From a virus (Duplodnaviria; Caudoviricetes), in the IMG/VR virus record IMGVR_UViG_3300025803_000071, positions 1 to 29,211 of that record: a stretch of 29,211 nucleotides of DNA; one strand, 5' to 3'. A model generated the notes under the pieces. It saw only the letters and a program-made list of their open reading frames with translations, was not told the origin of the DNA and searched no databases. Made by a program: the position numbers and the translations under genes. Positions 23,881 to 29,211 of this stretch are shown piece by piece; position 1 is the first letter of the stretch, and every line of letters begins with the position of its first letter.

Positions 23881-24111
23881 ATGAAAGAATATTTTATAGC
23901 GGGTATGATTTGTTTATTAAATCCTGTTTCGGACATGCCTCAATGCTTTAATTTTCATGAAGATCCAATAAAATATTACAATTTAGAAGACTGTAAAGCA
24001 TTTTCTAATCAAAAAGCCAATGAAATGGCCAATAATTTCACTGCAAATGGTTTTCAAATACTTGAATTAAGAATAACCTGCCTGGTTGACAAAGAACACA
24101 AAAACACTTGA
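23881..24111 (+). CDS. Small Cys-containing hypothetical protein, likely leaderless
   Basis: Four Cys; ATG 5 nt after TATAAT; no SD. Confidence 0.7.
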   Translation: MKEYFIAGMICLLNPVSDMPQCFNFHEDPIKYYNLEDCKAFSNQKANEMANNFTANGFQILELRITCLVDKEHKNT

Positions 24112-24136
24112 TTTTACACTAAATAGTTGATAAGAT
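24108..24136 (+). promoter_or_regulatory. Sigma70-like promoter
   Basis: TTGATT-17 nt-TAAGAT, 6 nt before ATG 24143. Confidence 0.65.
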
Positions 24137-24142
24137 TATCAC

Positions 24143-24406
24143 ATGAAGCAATATCGCTTTCAATGTTATGCAGCTGGACTGTATTTTACTAGTGTCGTAA
24201 ACGCTGCTAACGATGAAGAGGGGATTAAAAACTTCGCATCGAATTTAAACCAAGGTTTATATTCGGTTAAAAAGGATGGTTTCGGTCGAGGAATGCGTCG
24301 ATACCATCTAACTTATGAGGAGCTAGATAATGGCACTACAAAAGTTAATATCGGAGAAACTTCTGCTGGAGTCCAAATGGGCATCACAGGCGTTAGCGCA
24401 GGGTAG
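24143..24406 (+). CDS. Hypothetical protein, likely leaderless
   Basis: 87-aa ORF under its own promoter. Confidence 0.7.
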   Translation: MKQYRFQCYAAGLYFTSVVNAANDEEGIKNFASNLNQGLYSVKKDGFGRGMRRYHLTYEELDNGTTKVNIGETSAGVQMGITGVSAG

Positions 24407-24518
24407 AGTTACTACTGACATGAAGTGGATTGATATTAAAATTAAAGAGCTTAAAAATGCTATTAACGCACAAAGCGTTACTGATGCAAGAGAGCTTTTT
24501 GTTGAAAAAACTGGTTAA
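24330..24518 (+). CDS. Hypothetical helical protein
   Basis: GAGGAG RBS; LESKWASQ..GRVTTDMKWID. Confidence 0.75.
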   Translation: MALQKLISEKLLLESKWASQALAQGRVTTDMKWIDIKIKELKNAINAQSVTDARELFVEKTG

Positions 24519-24550
24519 TTAACTAGTTAAAATTTTTTCTAAAAAATCAT

Positions 24551-24724
24551 TCATTTGATTAGGGGGTTCTTGCCCTCTTTTAAACAGATTTTGTGCCATG
24601 CACACTCAGCACAAAAATATTCGTTGTTCTCTATTATGACTGCTATTTTAGATCTACAGTCCTTACATTTTCTTGGAAGATGTGTGGGACTTTCTCGGTA
24701 TACTTTTTCATTTTCCCTTGCCAT
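24551..24724 (-). CDS. 57-aa zinc-finger protein
   Basis: Hand translation MARENEKVYRESPTHLPRKCKDCRSKIAVIIENNEYFCAECAWHKICLKEGKNPLIK; GGAG RBS; CxxC..CxxC. Confidence 0.7.
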   Translation of the reverse strand: MARENEKVYRESPTHLPRKCKDCRSKIAVIIENNEYFCAECAWHKICLKEGKNPLIK

Positions 24725-25095
24725 AGTTTCTCCATTAAGTTTGATACATCAGGATGTAGCTCCCAGGTTAAAACATTTAATCTAGAAAAAAAATTTACTT
24801 CTTCATCTGACTTAGCAACGTAAAATAAACTTGCATCTCCATGTTTTTTAATAGCTTTGAATCTATGATTACCATTTCTTAATTGTAATTTTTCATCAAC
24901 TACTAATGGACACAATAAACCCTTTGTCTCTATATCCCCTCTTATAGTTGCTTTAAATTCTGCGTGTGTGTTGTGTATTATTTTAATATCTTTAAATTGT
25001 TTTATCTGTAGCCTCTCTTTAAAGATCATGTACAAAGGCCAAATAACTTCTCCATGGCCTACAACTATATTTTTATGAAGCTTGTCCAAAGTCAT
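24643..25095 (-). CDS. ParB/Srx-like domain protein
   Basis: DIETKGLLCPLVV..LRNGNHRFKA. Confidence 0.75.
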   Translation of the reverse strand: MTLDKLHKNIVVGHGEVIWPLYMIFKERLQIKQFKDIKIIHNTHAEFKATIRGDIETKGLLCPLVVDEKLQLRNGNHRFKAIKKHGDASLFYVAKSDEEVNFFSRLNVLTWELHPDVSNLMEKLWQGKMKKYTEKVPHIFQENVRTVDLK

Positions 25096-26944
25096 CTCCC
25101 AATGCTACATCTACTTTACTTGGCACTTTAAATTCCATACAAGTTTCCATTGTTTCTTTAATGGTATTTATATCATTTTCATCCTTAATATCAAAACATA
25201 ATTCATCATGTATTTGTATTTTAGGTAAGTATCCAGCCTCATAACAACTTACAATTGCTTGTTTTGTTTGATCAGCTGCAGATCCTTGGATCAATCTATT
25301 TAATGCTTTGTAGGTAAAGGCTCTTTTAATATTTTGTCTGCCGTATTTTGAAGATGCGTTTTCAAATGTTTCTGGTGTGTGAATACCAAAATCTCTTGGC
25401 TCCCACATATCAAATCTACACTTACGACCTTTCTTAGTTCTAATAATACCCTCATCGCTTGCTTTTTTCATACATCTATCAGATAATAGCTTCACAAATG
25501 GTACCTTTCTATTATATTTTGCTATTAGCGCTGACGCTTCTTCTGTTGATAATCCAAGAGAATTGGCCAGTTTATTCTTTCCCATACCGTACATTAGTCC
25601 TAATCCTATTGTCTTTGCTTGTTTCCTTTCTATGCCTGCTAAATCAGCTACAGTTTGATGAAAGTCTGTCTCAGAATTTGCATATGCCTCTACAAGTTCA
25701 TTGGATCCCTCGTATCCTTCTCCTATAGAGGCTGCATAGTGAACTACCATTCTTGGTTCTTGCTGACTATAGTCAAATGATCCCCATCTACAGCCTGGCT
25801 CTGGTAAGAAGAGACCTCGGATTTTTGGGCCAAAGTCTTTATTACGAGCGGGTAGCTGTTGAAGATTAGGATTAGCCATAGACAGACGGCCAGAAACGGT
25901 CCCACCACTGTCGCTACGTAATTGATTAATCTCACCATGTATTCTCCCATTATGTTCGTATCTTAAAATTGAATCCAGGAATGTACCATGAAACTTGTTG
26001 ATCTCTCTAGCCTGTGCTATATATTTACTTATTTCGTGTTTCGAATTAGCTAACCAATTAGATGTAAAAGATGGCTCATGAGTTTTGTCAGTACGTGGAT
26101 AATCTATCCCTAATTTATCGTAAGCTTCTCCTATTTGTCGTGCTGCCCATATGTCTATGTCTTTTCCTACTAATTGCTTTATTTTTTGTAAATAAGTTTT
26201 CTCCTGTAATTGGAACTCTTTCTTTAAAGCATGAGCTTTATCTACGTCAACCAAAACCCCTTTTTCCCTCATCTTAATTAATATTGGAAGTAGTTTAGCT
26301 TCTAACTCCCAAATCGTTTCTAAGTTTTGATTGTAAATTTCTGGCTTAAATCTTTGCCATAATAGGTACGTGAGGCGTGCATCTTGTTCCGCATAGAACC
26401 CGACATGCTCTGCAGGTAACTTCCACATCTCTGCTTTAGGATCTATACCATGATCTTTTGCAGCTTCTTTTAAATCGTTTTCGGACTTCAGCTCACCAAG
26501 ATAATCTTTAGCCAATGCATTTAAACTATAAGACCATCTGTTTTCATCAATGATACCCGCAGCTATCATCGTATCTACTATTTCACCATTAACTTCAATA
26601 CCCATATGTCTTAACCATCCAACATCGTATTGTGCGTTATGAAATATTTTTCTTGCAGGTAACTTACAAACATCTTTCATGTATTGTAAAACTTGTGGCT
26701 CGATCATATTGCCACCACCAAAATGTTTAAATGGATAATATCCTTGCCAACCTTCTACAGCTACAGCAAAACCAATCACATAGCCATTACCAGTTGCCCA
26801 ACCTGCTCCTAATTTATTATTAATACCTTCATCTCTTGTTTCTAAGTCAATTGCAATCTCATCATACTTTGATAAGTCTTTATACTCTGATGGACATGAC
26901 CAAATATGTTTTTTAAAGTTAAATGTAAATTGTAATCCTGTCAT
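25073..26944 (-). CDS. polA: DNA polymerase family A with 3'-5' exonuclease domain
   Basis: IDLET, FHNAQYD, YAEQDA exonuclease motifs; SGRLSMANPNLQQLP, DYSQQEPR (A), RKQAKTIGLGLMYG (B), QIHDEL (C). Confidence 0.97.
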   Translation of the reverse strand: MTGLQFTFNFKKHIWSCPSEYKDLSKYDEIAIDLETRDEGINNKLGAGWATGNGYVIGFAVAVEGWQGYYPFKHFGGGNMIEPQVLQYMKDVCKLPARKIFHNAQYDVGWLRHMGIEVNGEIVDTMIAAGIIDENRWSYSLNALAKDYLGELKSENDLKEAAKDHGIDPKAEMWKLPAEHVGFYAEQDARLTYLLWQRFKPEIYNQNLETIWELEAKLLPILIKMREKGVLVDVDKAHALKKEFQLQEKTYLQKIKQLVGKDIDIWAARQIGEAYDKLGIDYPRTDKTHEPSFTSNWLANSKHEISKYIAQAREINKFHGTFLDSILRYEHNGRIHGEINQLRSDSGGTVSGRLSMANPNLQQLPARNKDFGPKIRGLFLPEPGCRWGSFDYSQQEPRMVVHYAASIGEGYEGSNELVEAYANSETDFHQTVADLAGIERKQAKTIGLGLMYGMGKNKLANSLGLSTEEASALIAKYNRKVPFVKLLSDRCMKKASDEGIIRTKKGRKCRFDMWEPRDFGIHTPETFENASSKYGRQNIKRAFTYKALNRLIQGSAADQTKQAIVSCYEAGYLPKIQIHDELCFDIKDENDINTIKETMETCMEFKVPSKVDVALGDDFGQAS

Positions 26945-27120
26945 ACTGATACCTTTTTGTTGTAGTACGTTACCATTGCTCGTGATCCTTCATACTTTTC
27001 TAGTCGTCGTTTCATTACTTGGTTCTCTAAGTATAGTTTTTCATTTTTTTGTTTTAACTTATCTATTATCTTTCGAAATCTAAGGTGCCAATTTTTACCA
27101 AGATCTCTGTCTCCAATCAT
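26941..27120 (-). CDS. 59-aa coiled-coil hypothetical protein
   Basis: Hand translation MIGDRDLGKNWHLRFRKIIDKLKQKNEKLYLENQVMKRRLEKYEGSRAMVTYYNKKVSV; ATGA overlaps at both ends. Confidence 0.75.
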   Translation of the reverse strand: MIGDRDLGKNWHLRFRKIIDKLKQKNEKLYLENQVMKRRLEKYEGSRAMVTYYNKKVSV

Positions 27121-27365
27121 TTCTTTTTTTTCATGTCTTTAAGTTTAAGTATTTCTAAATCACAATAGTGTTTAATCTTTTCTAAATCCTCGATACCATT
27201 TTTATTCATATATCTACAAACATATTTAATTACGTTGCCTTGGAAGAACGTTAAATTGTTTTTACTAATAAATTCATAAGGCTGTATACGAAACTCCTTA
27301 TAATGATTTCCGCCAATCTGTTTACTTTGCGGAAAAGCTTCTTCTAATAAATCTTTATTCGTCAT
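27117..27365 (-). CDS. DUF3310-like protein (T7 gp1.7/SaV-like)
   Basis: QIGGNHYK..IQPYEFI..GNVIKYVCRY..KNGIEDLEK; start at ATGA overlap. Confidence 0.85.
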   Translation of the reverse strand: MTNKDLLEEAFPQSKQIGGNHYKEFRIQPYEFISKNNLTFFQGNVIKYVCRYMNKNGIEDLEKIKHYCDLEILKLKDMKKKK

Positions 27366-28174
27366 ACACCACACATCCCTTCACATTCTTGATTAAATAA
27401 ATCTGGACCCTCATCATCTTTGAACTTAACCTCATCTAATGGTACACATTGTCGATGTACAAAGTTTTTAACTTTAGGGTTATGCATACGCATCTTTTTA
27501 TCAAATTCTACAGCAGATGCAAATTCTTTCGGACGGTTGTCTCTCATATCAATCCAAAACTTATCATCATGAAATGGACATCCAATGCATGCACTCTTAA
27601 CTGGTATTTTAAATCCTTTACCTTCATACCATTTTAAACAATCCTCTCTTGACATTTTTTTATCTATCAATGGCCATACATTTTTCTGCCACCAAAATCT
27701 TGAAGGCTTCATACGCATAATTTCATCAGTTGATATACCAACCCAAACTTCTACAAATTCTGTTTTTGGAAATCTTTGTCTTGGTTTAAGTCCACATAGT
27801 TCTCTAATCTTTTTAGCAATCGGAGTAATCTTGTATTCTCTTGTACATTGTCTTCTACCCATACCTTTCTTACCTTGTTCGTTTAAAGTATAGAATGGTG
27901 CAGAAGCAAATTGATTACCACCTGGTGCGAGAGCCGTGAGGATGTCATCTTGGATATTACCTTTCTTAACTAAATACACAGGATAACTTAATACTGACTT
28001 TAGATACTCTAAATGTTTTATTACAGGTTCAGGTTCCCAACCCGTATCAGCGAAGATAGCTGCGTCTGGCTTTACACCAAACTCTCCAGCATCTGCCATC
28101 AAGGCCATTGTAGAGCTTTGTACTCCTGCTCCAAGGCTTAGTATTCTTAGTTTTGGTTCTTTGTTACTTTCCAT
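27362..28174 (-). CDS. PAPS-reductase-like / adenine nucleotide alpha hydrolase, Cys-rich
   Basis: SLGAGVQS PP-loop variant, FADTGWE, RQCTREYK, KSACIGCPFH, C-terminal ECEGMCGV. Confidence 0.85.
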   Translation of the reverse strand: MESNKEPKLRILSLGAGVQSSTMALMADAGEFGVKPDAAIFADTGWEPEPVIKHLEYLKSVLSYPVYLVKKGNIQDDILTALAPGGNQFASAPFYTLNEQGKKGMGRRQCTREYKITPIAKKIRELCGLKPRQRFPKTEFVEVWVGISTDEIMRMKPSRFWWQKNVWPLIDKKMSREDCLKWYEGKGFKIPVKSACIGCPFHDDKFWIDMRDNRPKEFASAVEFDKKMRMHNPKVKNFVHRQCVPLDEVKFKDDEGPDLFNQECEGMCGV

Positions 28175-29103
28175 ATTGCCCTTCCTATTTCTTCTGCGAT
28201 TTGCGGGACGATAGAGTTTCCCAATGCTTTAAGTCGGTATACCCGCCCGGGTACCCCATTAGCCACTCTACCCACATTGGGTTCAAACTCCCACCAACTT
28301 TTTCCCCTAGATTGCTCTTGCCTCGATCTACCTTGCTGTCCTTGTACATAAACTCTCTCGGTGTCGGCCACATTATGTTTGGATGTGCTACTTGATCGTT
28401 CAAACTGATTGGCATTTTCTTTTCTACTTTCATCTGCATTCTTTTTGCTGAGCTTGCTCCCCTGTCGCAATGTGCGTCTGGAGTTCTCCATAACCTCATT
28501 GTTTCTGGATCCACTTGCTCTCTCAGATTCGATGGTCTCGTTCTGCCTTTCCTGTGCCCCTGCATTAATTTCATTGTTCCCTCTTTTGATCTTGGAGGTA
28601 AGTGATCCATTGTGTTTGGAGTAGCCCACAATCCAGACTCTGTCTCTTTTGTGGGGCGCGCCGACGCCTGCAGCTGGAATAACAAACGTTTGGACTTCGA
28701 AGCCTTCACTTTCCAAATCAGAGCACACTGTCTCGAAGACCATGCCGTCTTGGATGTTAATAAGACCTCTGACATTTTCTGCAATAATGAAGGTGGGTTG
28801 GACTTCTTTAATGACTCTAAACATTTCTGGCCAGAGATATCTATCGTCATTGGTTCCTTTTTGTTTTCCTGCAACGCTGTAGGGCTGGCAGGGGAAACCA
28901 CCTGTGAGGATGTCGACTTTTTCTTCGATGTCCTTTCCTTCCAATTTCTTAATATCATTATATATCTTAACTCCTTTCCAATGTTTTTGCAGCAACAATC
29001 TGCAGTATTCATCTCTTTCACAAAATGCTATTGTTTTAAATCCTACCTTTTCTAAGGCTAAACTAAATCCACCAATACCACTAAATAGATCTAAATGATT
29101 CAT
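28147..29103 (-). CDS. C5-cytosine DNA methyltransferase (alpha chain)
   Basis: Motif I DLFSGIGG, IV GGFPCQPYS, VI ENV, VIII PHKRDRVW, X LGNSIVPQ; motif IX not found in this frame. Confidence 0.93.
   Translation of the reverse strand: MNHLDLFSGIGGFSLALEKVGFKTIAFCERDEYCRLLLQKHWKGVKIYNDIKKLEGKDIEEKVDILTGGFPCQPYSVAGKQKGTNDDRYLWPEMFRVIKEVQPTFIIAENVRGLINIQDGMVFETVCSDLESEGFEVQTFVIPAAGVGAPHKRDRVWIVGYSKHNGSLTSKIKRGNNEINAGAQERQNETIESERASGSRNNEVMENSRRTLRQGSKLSKKNADESRKENANQFERSSSTSKHNVADTERVYVQGQQGRSRQEQSRGKSWWEFEPNVGRVANGVPGRVYRLKALGNSIVPQIAEEIGRAIWKVTKNQN
28185..28850 (-). CDS. Nested alternative-frame methyltransferase beta chain (target-recognition repeats plus motif IX)
   Basis: Frame open for 278 codons; WATP/WRTP/WPTP repeats; LNPMWVEWLMGYP resembles motif IX; AAGGA upstream of ATG 28850 (start uncertain). 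Confidence 0.75.
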   Translation of the reverse strand: MTIDISGQKCLESLKKSNPPSLLQKMSEVLLTSKTAWSSRQCALIWKVKASKSKRLLFQLQASARPTKETESGLWATPNTMDHLPPRSKEGTMKLMQGHRKGRTRPSNLREQVDPETMRLWRTPDAHCDRGASSAKRMQMKVEKKMPISLNDQVAHPNIMWPTPREFMYKDSKVDRGKSNLGEKVGGSLNPMWVEWLMGYPGGYTDLKHWETLSSRKSQKK

Positions 29104-29210
29104 TTGTTTCCTTGTACATATACTAAATAATCTTCTCCAATTGGATAATGATATTTATAGTCTGTGCTTAATAAATGCAAACTATCTCTTGCTCGTGTTA
29201 CTCCTGTATA
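29100..29210 (-). CDS. UvrD/SF1 helicase C-terminus (partial)
   Basis: Hand translation YTGVTRARDSLHLL matches helicase motif VI; ATGA overlap with the methyltransferase start. Confidence 0.85.
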   Translation of the reverse strand, partial: YTGVTRARDSLHLLSTDYKYHYPIGEDYLVYVQGNK

Positions 29211-29211
29211 C

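Noticed and set aside
24509-24528. Near-palindrome AACTGGTTAATTAACTAGTT at the convergent gene junction
   Set aside because: AT-rich and weak; cannot be supported as a terminator
27449-29098. Plus-strand ORFs opposite the methyltransferase and PAPS-reductase-like genes
   Set aside because: Expected by-products of higher GC and dual-frame constraint; no motifs
1-29211. tRNA, rRNA, integrase/att site, introns or inteins in terL and polA
   Set aside because: None recognised by eye; terL and polA are contiguous and of normal length. A covariance-model scan would be needed to exclude small RNAs

Overview
AT-rich fragment of a tailed dsDNA phage genome with no host housekeeping genes, tRNA/rRNA or CRISPR. 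Almost all genes are on the minus strand. In transcription order (right to left): end of a UvrD/SF1 helicase, a C5-cytosine methyltransferase with a second protein nested in another frame, a PAPS-reductase-like Cys-rich protein, a DUF3310-like protein, family A DNA polymerase, a ParB-like protein, small early/regulatory genes, an iteron-like CTAGGAG array, terminase small subunit, VRR-NUC nuclease, a GC-rich island of tripartite repeats among early genes, terminase large subunit, many small basic proteins, portal, a free-standing LAGLIDADG endonuclease, holin-like protein, SAM methyltransferase, GroES, scaffold, decoration protein, major capsid protein and an M15 peptidase. Gene content and low GC resemble marine SAR11 (Pelagibacter) podophages; this host assignment is inference. 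Strongest unexplained signals: (1) a shared set of short peptide tags (x-x-x-GG, terminal DYYxDLL, terminal GxxFxGV, N-terminal EATEYKxYLEALKK) on about 11 otherwise unrelated late proteins; (2) a dual-frame methyltransferase with motif IX and three WxTP repeats in the nested frame; (3) the polar GC-rich repeat island between terS and terL; (4) the palindromic iteron array upstream of terS; (5) a promoter-associated ATRRGAT box. Family names come from motif recognition by eye, not database searches.
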